Source: Octopus sinensis
Taxonomy: Eukaryota
NCBI RefSeq assembly: GCF_006345805.1
Contig: NC_043000.1
Span: 50,840,001-50,904,000 of the forward strand
DNA: 64,000 bases
Reading direction: 5' to 3'
In this document: positions 38,300-51,224 of the stretch, one piece after another
Position numbering within the stretch: the stretch's first letter is position 1
How the letters are laid out: each line of letters starts with the position of its first letter
The notes under the pieces: model-generated
Database searches by the model: none
What the model was told of the DNA's origin: nothing
Seen by the model: only the letters and a program-made list of their open reading frames with translations
Made by a program: the position numbers and the translations under genes

Positions 38300-38930
38300 T
38301 TACCCTTACATATTCTCAGTTATTGTCAGAAACTTTCATGTTCTGAATGCTTTGAGAAAATCTTTTGAATGATATGCATGATGTAATCTGGATTTCTTGA
38401 TTTATAATCAATAAAAAGAGACATCATTTTTAATACACTGGGAAATAATCTACTGAAATATTACACAAAGGATAGTTATTAGACTTCAAACATTATAGTT
38501 ATTTGATTACTGCAAACGAGTAATCAAGAAAGGTTTTCTCTTCAGCTAAAATAAATCTATTTGTACTTTCCTGAGTTTCTTAGAAAACATGAATCTTATT
38601 TTAACAATTCATCATCTCTTTGCCATATAAAGAAAGTTTGAAATATATGTTTTTCTATTGAATTGTGGTTTTGATCATATTAACTTTATATTGATATATA
38701 AACACATTTATAATTGATATTTAACATAGGATCAAATAAATTATTAATTCATCATTGAATAATGAGGCAAAATATACACAATTTAGGAGAATTGAAAGTA
38801 GGAAAAGAAGAAAATACATGTAATTGAGATGGAAAGGAAAAGTTAAACAATAATTAGAATTGTCATTTTATGCCTATCTCATTGTCTTTATCATTTTTGT
38901 GCCTTATATATATATATATGTGTGTGTGTG

Positions 38931-38983
<53 letters not shown>

Positions 38984-39208
38984 ATGACAATATTAATATT
39001 TGTGTGGGAGAATGAACAAAAGGGTATATATATCCAATGCAAAATATGTACTTCTTCATTTATATGAACCTTCTGTCTTTCATATTCTTCACTTTGAAAT
39101 TCTAGTTTATATCTAAGTAGTGGAATTTAGGCTATAGGCTGCATGAATTGGAACATTCCTCTGAATATTCCAATACACACACATAGACACATATATGTGA
39201 TTTGTGCG

Positions 39209-39263
<55 letters not shown>

Positions 39264-39789
39264 ATGTATAAAGAAAGAGAGAAAGAAAGAGTTGTAAGAA
39301 GTTTGATTCTCAACCACATAGTTTCAAATTCAACTCCACTGCATAGCAACTTAGGTGTCTGTTGCTATAGCTCTGGGCTAACTAAAGCTTTGTAAGTGGA
39401 TTTGATCAACAAAAACTCAAAGAAGCCCAGTGTGTGTGTGTGTGTGTGTGTGTTTTATTTTCTACCTGTCATGTCATCACATGATAGTTGTATGTACCAC
39501 TGGCCTTTTTGCCGTGTCATTTATTTCCAATTTTCCATGTAAACATGTCTGGTCATGGGGGAATACTACCTTGGAAACTGGGGAATGCTGGTGATGGAAA
39601 GGGCATCTTCTTATAGAAAACCTACCTCAACAAATTCTGTCTGACCCATGGTAATGTGGAAAAGTGAACTTAAAATGATGATAATTGTGTGGTTAAGCAT
39701 TTTCTTTCTCAGGCATGTGGTTCTGGGTTCTATCCCATTGTACAGTACCTATTTATTATCAGATCAATCTTAGAAAATGTTATTTGACA

Positions 39790-40501
39790 AATGAGTCACC
39801 TGAAACCTCACCCAATGGATGTGTGACCCAGGTCCCTATGTCTAACTTTACTTTCCATCTGGGCTCTTGAGCAAAAAAAATATCTAGTTGCATATACAGT
39901 TCAAGAATAATGATTACAAGGAAACTAATGGTTAGAATCACAAAAAAATTCAGTAGAGTGACAGTAATAGGCTTTCTATCAGTTACCATATTTGTTAGGA
40001 AAACTGATGGAAAGAATAACAAAAAACAAAAAGATCAAGAGGATAACAATAATAGGCCTATCTCTCAACTACTGTATTTGTTCACCCGAATTATTGCTGC
40101 TTTCATTATCACTTTCACCAGTTTGATTGTTTGAATCACTCTCATTGCCAGCATAAGTGTAAACTCATCATCTGAAGAATAAATATCATCAATAAGTTCA
40201 TCAATTACAGAGTTTAGGCCTTGCTTATTAACAAGATGAAGTGCTGGGTTCATTACATTCTTGTTTCATTGCAAAATTATTTTTCATTTATTTACTACAA
40301 TCAAAAGTAAACAACATCAATAGAGGTCAGCATTAACAATGAGCCATAAACACAATTCACTATAAAGTTGCAATATGATCGGTTGTCTAAGTTTTGAATT
40401 TTATCTTTTTCTATGTGTGTTGCTCATTACTGCTTTAGCAGGAATCCGCAGAGATGACATTTAAATTATTCCCACTATAGCGGGAACATGGTTTGACAGG
40501 G
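39790..40501 (-). mobile_element. piggyBac fossil (5' terminus and acidic transposase N-terminus)
   Basis: Minus strand starts TTAA|CCCTGTCAAACC (TTAA at 40502-40505). Downstream frames give DELIDDIYSSDDEF, GNESDSNNQTGESDNESS and a decayed 'LY.ATRYF..EPRWK' segment. Confidence 0.45.
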
Positions 40502-40667
40502 TTAAGGAAATCAGTGATAAATTCAAATTCAAATTTAACCATCTTGGTATCACATTTTAGCCTTGATCTCCCAACACCTCTTCCTACAAACACTTGTGTT
40601 ATGCAAAGTTTACACAACTATTACTGATACTGACATTGCCATCATAATGAATTCAAGGCATGTGAAA

Positions 40668-40980
40668 GCACATGGCTCAGTGGTTAGGGGTATTTGGTTC
40701 ACAATTGTTAGATTATGAGTTTGGTTCCCAATGGTGTGTTGTATCCAAGACATTTTATTTCATGTTTCTCCAGTCCACTCAGCTGATAAAATTGAGTAGT
40801 ACTTGTATTTAAAAGGGTCTGCCTTGTCACATTCTGTGTCACACTGAATCTCCCTGAGAACTATGGTAAGGGTACCCATGTCTGTGGAGTGCTCAGCCAC
40901 TTACACATTAATTTAGTGAGCAGGCTGTTCCATTGATCAGATCAACTGGTACCCTTGTTGTTTTAACTGACAAGGTGCCA
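40668..40980 (+). mobile_element. tRNA-SINE of a further family
   Basis: A-box head gcacatggctcagtggttaggg; body gtggagtgctcagccactt...ggctgttccattgatcagatcaactgg; ends actgacaaggtgcca. Confidence 0.7.
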
Positions 40981-40994
40981 GTTTTGTTTTAATG

Positions 40995-41490
40995 AATTCA
41001 AGAAAGTCATCAGTCTTCCACAAAACCTCCTCTTTGGTAAAAAAGAAAAAAGAATGATGATGAACAGTTTTATATTGCAGTGAATCTGGTTGACCTGTAT
41101 AGCCTGCATAAACTCAGCAATGAAATAAAGAGGGTTAACATAGGGTTGTATAGTAATAACAGTCTAGGAGAAGTGTACAATAGGAATGGTCACCAAGTAT
41201 GTGAGATAAGAAAAAATATTTATTCAGGCTGTTTAGTCAGCTCCATTTAAAAATTACAATTAGTACAAGCCTTAAAGAAGTTAATTTCCTTGATATCAGG
41301 TTGAACTTTAGCACAGACAAAGACTCTTTCAGAAACCTAATGAAGAGACCTCTTACATAAATATATGCTGTAACTACCCATCAACCATCGTGAGACAACT
41401 AGTTAGCAATATAAGTAGGCATGTTTCAAATGTATCTTCTGATGAAGCCACTTTCAAAAAGGTAGCCCCATGCTACAATGCCACATCAGA
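40995..41490 (+). mobile_element. Penelope-like element reverse transcriptase fragment
   Basis: SRKSSVFH..LVKK, LVDLYSLHKL...NIGLYSNNSLG (decayed GLYRDDGLG; both Asp codons show G>A), LKITISTSLKEVNFLDI and KPNEETSYINICCNYPSTIVRQL..ISRHVSNVSSDE.TF...AP.YNA. Confidence 0.85.
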
Positions 41491-44400
41491 AAGGCTCAAA
41501 TGGTGCAGATCAAATTATAATTTTCTGACTCCCTTCATCTTTCATTCGAATAACTCTAGAAAAATCAATCAAACGATCGATTAATTAATTGATGAAATGG
41601 TTAACTAGCAGACTAACAATAATTAAAGAAGTGAAATGGAATCATCATGTGTTCTTATTATTGGCGTAATGATTCTCCCAAGATGTGACAAAATCTGTTT
41701 CAACACACAATTTTACATCCCAGGATCTTGCAAACCAAATACGTAAACGAAACATTTTTACCTTGTTTATAACATAATTACAAATCATAGCTATCAACTG
41801 ATTAGAAAAAGGGAAAACAGTTTTGAGATATTGAAAATTTTATTGGTTTTCTATTTAAGGGTTTTTAATAAAATGAAATAGAAATTGCATAGCTGGAAGT
41901 CTTTTATAAAATGGAACATAAAGAAAAGATGATATATTATCTTCCATAATATTCATTTAGATTGTGTTCTTTCCTTTAAATCTGTTGATTGTTATGTAGC
42001 TGCTACCTACTGACTGCCTATACTAGCAAGACGATAAATACAATTCTCAGTCAGAATTCATTGAAATTACAGATGATGGCACCAGAAAAGTCTGAATGTT
42101 TAAACTCTTCTTGCTTCATCGAATGTTTCATGTTGTTCCTGCTGCTAAGGAAAGCTAATATCTTTACAAAGAAACTATATAAATAAAGCTAAAATCCTTT
42201 TCTCATCTGTTACCAGAATGAAATATAAGAAGAGCCATTTGTGTATGATCAATGTGATTGTCTACAGAGTGGCTAAGCATTTTGTTAATACTTTTGAAAG
42301 GTCTTAGAGACTATTTTGAAATACAGGAGAAAAAAAGTGCATATTTATATAATCAATTCATTGTACCTATACTGTATAAAATATTATTTTCCTTAAACCA
42401 TTAATTTTTCTCCTCAGCTTCAACTCTGATTATCGTTATGTTAAATGATATATTATTTGTGAAATTAGAAAATTACAAAGCTAGTTAGTACATCCATTAT
42501 GACAAAGGAATTATTTTTCTTAAAATGGGTTGAGTAAAACAAACAGATTTACTTGAAGTTGTCTGTATTTTTGTCTGAATCTTTTGAATATTTTTCAACA
42601 CACAGAGTAGTGCCCCAATCTGGCCACAGTCCAGTGAGTGAAACTTGTTAAAATAAAGATAAGACATTTTTTGTTTTATTATTTATTTTATTCATGGTTT
42701 ACATTTATATAACTAAGCTTTCTAATAATCTTTTGCTGTTGTTTATATCTGGGTAGCTATTTTATATCAACAATTTACCATTCTATGTTGAATCTTACAA
42801 AGTTTTACACAGTTTTCTTTTATGCCATTAATTGTCACCTTGTTCATTATTTAATATCTTTGTGTAAGATATAATTTTTTAATTTTATTAAGCAATAGTT
42901 TCTTTTTACTTTCTTATATTCACTCCTTATCTCAAATATTAGCATTTCAGATTTTATCACCATTCTTAGTATGTGGAAGGATCAATTGTAGTTTACTGCA
43001 AGGAGAGGCCAATTCTAGCATTTCAGGCAAAATCTCTCACCTGGGAATGAATGAAAAAATTAGTTGGAAGGTTGTATGTAAGATTACCAGAAAGTGTTGG
43101 TAAAGTGATAAAGAGGTGACAATGTTGAATGAAGCTTGTAAGACATTTACATAGAGAAAGAAAGTGATGAAGAAAACGGAATTCAAAACAAAACAAAGAA
43201 ACATAATTTCTATGAAATTTTAACAGCAAAAGTAAAATATTTGTTTAATCTTCAAAAGTAATGATACTTTGCAAAAGTCTTCTTGCATTGGTATTCTTGC
43301 TATTCTTAACTCTTCCCAAGAGCATATATTGTTCTGGAAATCTCAATAAATCAATCCATAGCCTATTCAGAAAACTAAGTTAGGACTGGCCAATAACTTT
43401 TGAAAGAAAAGCTTTCTACCATTAATATTTGTATAAAACTTTAAAACTGAGTTTGTTTTTTTTAAATTGACTGACAAATGTTATTTGAAATAATGATGGG
43501 AAGGGGGGAGATTTTTCAATGGAAAAGAATGTTTCAACATCATATACAACTTTCTTATGAAATTTCCATATCCATGGATTATATGCATGAAATGAGTCAA
43601 AACTACAATCCCTGTTGGACCTTCTTCATATCCAAGCAGCTGATGCATTCTTCCAGTTGCTTGGCTAGTGTAATATAAATTTTCTTTGCTGTGGGTGGAT
43701 CATTGAACTGGCACATAACTGAACATGCTTTCTAAGTGAAAATGTAAGTATAAAAAAAAGGTGCAGGAGAACAGAACAGAATTGCAAATATATAATAGTT
43801 TCTTCTCATAAATACATTCAAAGAGAAATATTATTATAAATACGTAGCATCACAAGTTGAAGTTCTCTACGAATTTCAACGTTTCCTGTCAGTTTTAGAG
43901 CAAAAAATACTAAATTCTTTTTTATCCATAAAGTTGGTTAGAAGTCTGATTATTGTTGAGATAAATAGTTCTGAAAAATACAACTTTCCTTTAGACTTAT
44001 AAAATGTGTGATACTTAAACCATTCCCATGTATATCTGTAGAATACAATAAATGCAAAAGCTTTAACTAAGAGCATATGGAATAGTCTTTACTTGATCTT
44101 AGGCGTTAGCTCATATCTTGAAGGAAAATATTTGTTGAAAATAAAAATCATAATCTGATAGCTGAGTCGATTAGAATCTGTTTTTTGGTAAAGCTGATTA
44201 ACTTTGATATATGAACACCATTAACTGACTAAATATGGGTAATGGTGCTATCCTCTTGTCCATGAGCATAATTTGTTCTGTGTTCTTAAAATTCTGAACA
44301 AACTCCTGTTAATTATACATTTCATAGTATATATATTTTTTCTGAAATTACATTAACAAATAAGTGAGCCAAAACCTCTAAATCTTCATTTACCAAAATA

Positions 44401-47250
44401 AAATAAAGGTGTGTTTGTGAGAGTATGTTGGAATGGCTTTAAAATAAATGATAAAAGCAAGTATTTTCTATAAATTTTTTTTTCTTTGATGAGGAAGCTT
44501 CAAGTATCTCTAAATCTTATCAGACACAGAGTGAAAAAAAGGGTTTTGTTCCAAGTGCTTATTTCTTTTCGATGGAAGTTATTTTCCTTTAAAGTATATG
44601 GTGTAGCACATCACCAGTAACACTTCTCAGTCAAAAAGAATTATTAAAGAAAAATAGTGAGAATCAAAAAGATTTTTCTAAACATGTACTCTAATGAGTG
44701 ATTTTGTTGTTACAATATCTTCCTGTTTTTTTTTGGTGCTGTTATTTTTATTTTTATTTACAACCAAATATATTGTTTTCAACAATTTCTAATGATCACT
44801 GGCAAAAAAATAATAATAATAAAGCAATAAACAATGGAAATAAATGCTGCTGCTTTGAAGGTTAACTATTATTTTCACATTTATTTTTTTATGCTTTTGT
44901 TTTTGTTAGTATAGAAACTTAATATCACACAGCTCTCCTTAATGTACTTAATGTCTGTTTTCACAGAACAAACTATCAAAAGAAGTATAAACATATAATA
45001 TTATTCATGATTAACATCTTTTTGTTTACTTTATCCTCATAGTCTATTCATTCAAATATATGTGTAAATATCAGTTTGTTACTTCTACTGCTGCCTCTGA
45101 CTTGACTACCATCTTCATCATCATCACCTCCTCCTCTTTGTCCTCTTCCTCATAATCCTCTTCCTCGTTGTCCTCCTCCTCCTTGTCTTCCTCCTCATTG
45201 TTCTCCTTGTATTCAGGGAAATACATAATACAAAATAAATAAGTTGTTTGCGGCTAACAATTGTATTAAACAATGCTATATTTATTAACATTTCTTTGAA
45301 GTGTTTTTGGATATCTTTTAGAATTGCCTTCCATTTTCCTTTTCTTCTGATGTATTATAGGTACATAAGACGTTTCAAATGCTTGTGTAGGGAAAGGCAT
45401 TTACAGTTCATTTATTAAACCAAATTGAACTCTTAGTTTGCTAAAAGTAAATCTAATAGTTAGGAAATTATAGCTATAAAAACAATTATTTATTAATTAA
45501 ACCTCAAATATTGGATGTGCAAAATCTTAAGAATGATATTCATTTATTTTTGTATAGTATGGAAATTGATATTGAATATAATTTGATTTTAAAGTAGATT
45601 TTGAGCTTAGTGCTTCAATAATATATTTGAATTTTGACTTACTTATAACTTGACAACTTTTGATATTCAGCAATTTTGGCTGGTATGGATCAAGATTAAG
45701 TTTCTGCCTTTTCTCTTACTTGTTGATCTAAAAGTAGCCTTAGTTACTTCTCAGTCTGCAGAGGTATGTTTCATACTGTTGATACCTATCATTTTTAACC
45801 AAAGCTTTTGGTGTATTCTAACATTACTAATGTTATAGAAAGCTAATTGCATTGGGGATCTTGTGTGATTGCATTTTAGGAAATAATGTTATTTTCCATT
45901 CCATTAGCTTGTCTGGTTGTGTTATTAATATTTAGTACAATAATATTTAATGTTATTTTCAGATTTTTATGCTAAATATTTTAAATGGAAATTAAAAACT
46001 TTTTCAATTCCTGGAATATTCTCAGTTTTTTTTATGACTATAATATGGCTGCTACAAAGAATATTTGATAGTATTTGTTATTCTATTTCTCTGTGTGATC
46101 TCAGCTATTCATTGTTTCTTTAAAAATCTTCAATAGTATTTGTGTATATTTGTTGTTGTGAAATGATGTACTAATCTGAAGTTCTACTAGATGTAAATTA
46201 AATGGTTCATTCTTTAGAAAATTTAATAAGGTTTTCTTCCTTTGAGATTATTTATATTTGTAGCATCTGGTTTACATTTAATAATCTGATCATTGTTTAC
46301 TGGGAATGAAAAATATTTTTATTATTTTTATACCTCATTTTCTTAATTTCTTCATAAATATCACTATTATATGCTTCTATTTGGACATAATATTTGCTTT
46401 TATGTTATATTCTATTGATATTTGTCTTGCAGAGCTCTGATACTCAAATGCTTTTCACCTGTTTTTATTTATTTTTAAAGACAGATGTTTAGTTAAGCTA
46501 GTTTTGTTTAGCTTCACCCACCTTCCATGTAAAATGGAACTGAAGTTCATAAGCTTAAAATTTAATGTAACATTGTATTTCTTTTTAATGAATGATATTT
46601 CCAAATTAATGAAGCTAGCTTACCATTAGCACTCGTGTAAATGATTTCATTGGAAGTGTATAACATGCAGTGAATAAATCAAGTATTATTACTTGTTAGG
46701 TTTTGTAATGAACACAGGTTTTCAGTTATGGCATTACACCTACTGTCATAATTATTCTAGCTGAATGCTTTCTTTCACTCCAATTCCCCTCAGTTCATTA
46801 CCATTTGTTCTTAACCATAATGATGTGTTAGTGTTTCTACAATCAAATTACTTCGCTTGGCTTAAGGGACCTAAAATTAATATAATGCTTCTGTAATGTC
46901 ATATTTTATATCTGAAACTATATATTTTTTTTCTTGGCAGTATAGAAATATAGGTTTATAAATCCAGAGTATATATAAAATTTGTTTTAGTAGAAATTGG
47001 TTGAGACATATATTTAAAAACTTTACTTGCTTCATAACTAGATTAATATTAAAGTCATTTTGTAAGCGTGAACAAATGTAGAAATAATTGGTGTAAGTCA
47101 TAGAGAAATATGTCAATCACATTTACATTTTCTGTGTTTTCAAACAATTCTGTTTTTATTATCAAAATGAAATATTACTTTTGACTACTGTAGTATAAAT
47201 ATCACTTTATAAATAAAAATTTGTGTCTTACATATCTTTACGGCTAGAAT

Positions 47251-47770
47251 ATCTATATATATAAAACTGTAGTTGTGTGAGTGTCTGTCTCCTACGATTT
47301 AGATTCCTAACTCCTCTCACATTTTGCGGTGCAGTTTAACCAAATTCAGGTATCTTATAGTCGTGATTCATATTGAGCCCGTCTGGCTATTAGCGCGCGT
47401 CTACGATGAGTCTACGATTTTAAAAATAATTTAACATCATTTTTTATTCCATTTTAATGCATAATTTTTCGTGTGTCGATGGCGGCGGAGTTGGCGTCCA
47501 CGCTCAAACACCTGCACCTGTGTTTGCTTCTCCCCCTTCTTCTCTCCCTCGTGAAGCTGTGGGGAAGGGAGTTTAAGGAAATCAACGTCGTAATGCATTG
47601 TCAAGGAGACCAGCGTTCTTTTAGAACAACGACTTCATGGCTTGAAGACACCAAAACAGAAATGGCTAAGAAAGCCCGAATTGGCATCTATAAAGGAAGT
47701 AACTCTCTAAAAATGCTTATATAGTTATTTCCCTTACAAATCTGAGCAACGCCGGGCGATACTGCTAGTA
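47251..47770 (-). mobile_element. Non-autonomous Helentron/DINE-1-like element (copy 2)
   Basis: Reverse complement of the 30358 element with both termini; about 95% identical over the ~215-bp 3' block by manual comparison. Confidence 0.85.
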
Positions 47771-47940
47771 TCTTTTAAGAAATAAAAACAAAGCATATTT
47801 CTTCATTTAGCACTCATGAACAGGCTTTTCTGTATTTTACTCATTAAAAATATTATTTTCCTATATTTTTTATATACTTTGTCATTTATACAATTAATTT
47901 ACGGTGGTAAAATAAATATTGATATTGTTGGCATAGGCAT

Positions 47941-48030
47941 GGGTGTGGCTGTGTGGTAAGACGTTTGCTTCCCAGCCACATGGTCCTAGGTTCAGTCCCA
48001 TTGTGGTACCTTGGTCAAGTTGAGGGGTTT
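47941..48030 (+). mobile_element. SINE head (21725 family)
   Basis: gtggctgtgtggtaagacgtttgcttcccagccacatggtcctaggttcagtccca. Confidence 0.7.
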
Positions 48031-49359
48031 TCTCTTATGAGTACTCAGTTACCTCACTAGTGCTTGTGTCATGTAAAGAAAGTACTTAGTACACTCTATA
48101 AAATGATGGGCATTAGAAAGTACATTCAGCTCTAGAAACCATACGAATGCAGATATACTTTTAATTGTATATTCCTCTGGCTTAGCAGTTTCTGTGAAAC
48201 CATCCAACCCATGCTAGCATGGAAAAAGGAACAATAAATAATGATGATGATGATGATGATGACCCATATAATAACATCACATTTTCATTTCGTGTTTTCA
48301 TATTACTACAGTTTGTAATGAGCTGAAAAGTTTTCTTTTATATTTTTTTTGGTTTCTTTTTGAACCAGTCAAACATCTGTGGATTTAATCTAATTCTGTA
48401 TATTATATATCCATCAGCTGATGTTGTATAATCAGAAAAATATCTTTGACTATTCTGGTGTTGATGTCAGATAAGAGTCACAAATACTGGTGATAATGAC
48501 CATGGATGAAAAATAAACCATGATAATTAGAAAATTTTATTGAGTCACTCACACATTGCTTTCTTGTTATATCCAATTTATTATGTTTCACTAATTAAAT
48601 GTGTTAACACATTCAAGCTGAAGAGATTTTTACATCTAACTGGTAGCAAATATGGTTCATCATCTGTTTGTATGTACATATGAAAATAACTCAGATCAAA
48701 TGACTAATACTAAAGAAAAAAAAGAATCATTTAAAAACAAAGTACAAATCTTGGTCTATGTAGTAGAAATAGTTGGGCAAATTTAAGATATTTTTCCTCA
48801 TGATTGGATATAAACTGGATTCAACCTTTTAGACACTTTAACTTAATGTTGAGCAAGTGGTAAGTTAGATTGTTGTTTTATTTCAAACTTCAAAAAATAT
48901 AAAACCCACAAAGTTAATTAGGTTTAAAATTTCTATGTTAAAAGTTATCATTTTATCTTGTTGTGAAGAAATATCTCATGTTTGTTGAGCTTGTTCTGTC
49001 ATTAAGCATGTGACCAAGGGGGAGAAACATCAAAGATCATAACCTATTTGTTTAGTGTTGTAACTAGGAGACATAGAACTTGCTAATATTTCAGAATAGC
49101 TCTTTATGATCAGAGATTAAAAGATACAGACATCCAATAAGATTCACTCAGTTAATTTTAGTTTTGTAAAATTAGATTTTACTTGTATAATGAGAAGAGG
49201 ATGGTTCATAGAGTAGAAGACATCAGATTGAAAGTCAGCATATAATTTTTTGATGCAGAGTCAAAGTAAATTTATTTCTCTTCATCATGATAAAGAAATA
49301 TTATAAGGCTGAAAGTAGCTTTAAGAGTTACTTGTTTATCTCTTATTTATTATATGCTT

Positions 49360-49725
49360 CAGTCATTGGACTGCAGCCATGCTACAGCATCTCCTTGGAG
49401 GGTTTAATCAAACAAGTTGCTCCCAGTCTGGTAGTTTTTTTGTCAGTCATTTTTGGTGAATCACTAAGTTATAGGAGTGTAAACAAACCAACACTGACAA
49501 CCAAGTGGTATGGGTGGTTAACATAAGTACACATGCATACATACAAACACACAACACTTACATACATACATACATACACACACATACACACACACAAACA
49601 AACAAACAAACAAACAATGATTTGGTTTCTTACAGTTTTCTGCTGCCAAATTCACTAAGAAGGCTTTGGTCAGCCCAAGGTATCATGCTGTGGGACTGAA
49701 CCCAGAAGTGTGATTGGGAAGTATG
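49360..49725 (-). mobile_element. tRNA-SINE (21725 family)
   Basis: tcagtcattggactgcagccatgct...aaattcactaagaaggctttggtcagcccaagg...gtgggactgaaccc. Confidence 0.75.
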
Positions 49726-50387
49726 CAGACATGCCCGCATTATTTTTTACTTTATTTTTGTAATATTTGTTCTGTCTCTTTACATTCTGAGTTCAAACCC
49801 CAACAAAATCAACTTTTCCTTTCATCCTTCCTGGGTTGATTATATAAAATAGCAGTCAAGTACTGCAGATCAATGTTACCGACTTTTTCCATTTGCTCAA
49901 AATTACTGTCCTTGTTCCTAAACCAGGAATCATTATTAACACTGTATATATTCCAAGAAATTGGCCGACATATCTATAGTATACATTACATTCAATAACA
50001 TTCTATTGTAAAATGAGTACTAATGTATCTCTTTTGGTTTGGTTATTTACATCATCAGTATCAAGCAATAAGATACTGTAAAGCTTGCAAAGGATATAAT
50101 AGAAGATAAAAAAAGTTTTCAGAAACTGTTTGGCTATTGAATTTTAAATTCAATATTCTCTCCTGTGCAACTTGTGGTCAGTATGTTTTATTTACATGTA
50201 ACTTTAGGCGAATGTAACAACAGGTTGTAGTTTTCATTTTTAATTTGTTTTTCATACTAATTTGTAAATTATCTTCCATTTCAATAATATAATCAATAAT
50301 CTTTAAAAAATAGAATGTTTGACTCTTGCTAATTCTAAATGAATACAATATGAAATCTTTGTATTAAAATAGTTATATAAAGTGCAA

Positions 50388-50762
50388 GTGTCGCTGTGTG
50401 GTAAAAAGCTTGCTTCCCCACCACATGGTTCTGGGTTCAGTCCCACTGTACGGTACCTTGGGCAAGTGTCTTCTACTATAGCTTTGGACCGATCAAAGCC
50501 TTGTGAGTGGATTTGGCAGATGGAAGCTCTAAAAAGCCCATCATATGTATATATATATATTGTGTGTGTGTGTGTGTGTGTGTGTCTGAGTTTGTCCTCC
50601 CACCATCTGATGTTGGTATGTTTATGTACCCATAACTTAGAGGTTTGACAAAAGAGACCAATAGAATAAGTACTAGGCTTACAAAGAATAAGTCCTGGAG
50701 TTGATTTCTTCAACTAAAGACAGTGCTCCAGCATGGCCACAGTCAGATGACTGAAATACATA
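50388..50762 (+). mobile_element. Full-length tRNA-SINE (21725 family)
   Basis: Head gctgtgtggtaaaaagcttgcttccc...gggttcagtccca, core aaagccttgtgagtggatttgg, internal (TG)n, end gctccagcatggccacagtcagatgactgaaa. Confidence 0.85.
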
Positions 50763-50993
50763 AAAGAATATTATATATATATTCTCATACAAGATGGAGT
50801 TGAGTAGTAAATATTTATCCATCAATGCAGTGTTGAGCATTTATTTGTACTGTTTGATAATGTTGTTGTGTGTATGTGTGTATATGTTTATAGATATTAT
50901 GGTTATATATATATGGCAAAATAATGTAGTTTAATCCAACACTTTCAATATTTGTTCTGTTTCTCATCATTTTGTCACTTTTGTCATCACATA

Positions 50994-51224
50994 CAGGGTT
51001 GGCCAAAAGTTAGCTGACAGTAACCAAAACCATTTAATTCCAAGATTTATTTATGTTTAACAACAGAATGAATTTAATAAAAGTATCTAAATAAGAAACA
51101 TCATGAAAATTGTTCAAACTGAAGTCCTTCTTGAGCGGCACATTTTTCCATCCAAGTCAGACAGAATTACAGATAGTATTTATGGAATTTTGATTTACTG
51201 TCTGGTGACTTTTGGCCAACCCTG
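50994..51224. mobile_element. Tc1/mariner-type MITE
   Basis: Perfect 17-bp TIR CAGGGTTGGCCAAAAGT (about 30 bp with mismatches); TA at 50992-50993 and 51225-51226; 231 bp. Confidence 0.9.

Noticed and set aside
23607-44690. Further short open frames with splice-like ends (23607, 24028, 27214, 34838, 38110, 42217, 44595)
   Set aside because: Open frames of 20-45 codons are expected in large numbers at this base composition, and there is no homology support.
45100-45215. Glu/Asp-rich minus-strand frame (EEEDKEEEDNEEED)
   Set aside because: It is a degenerate (GAG) triplet repeat without convincing splice sites.
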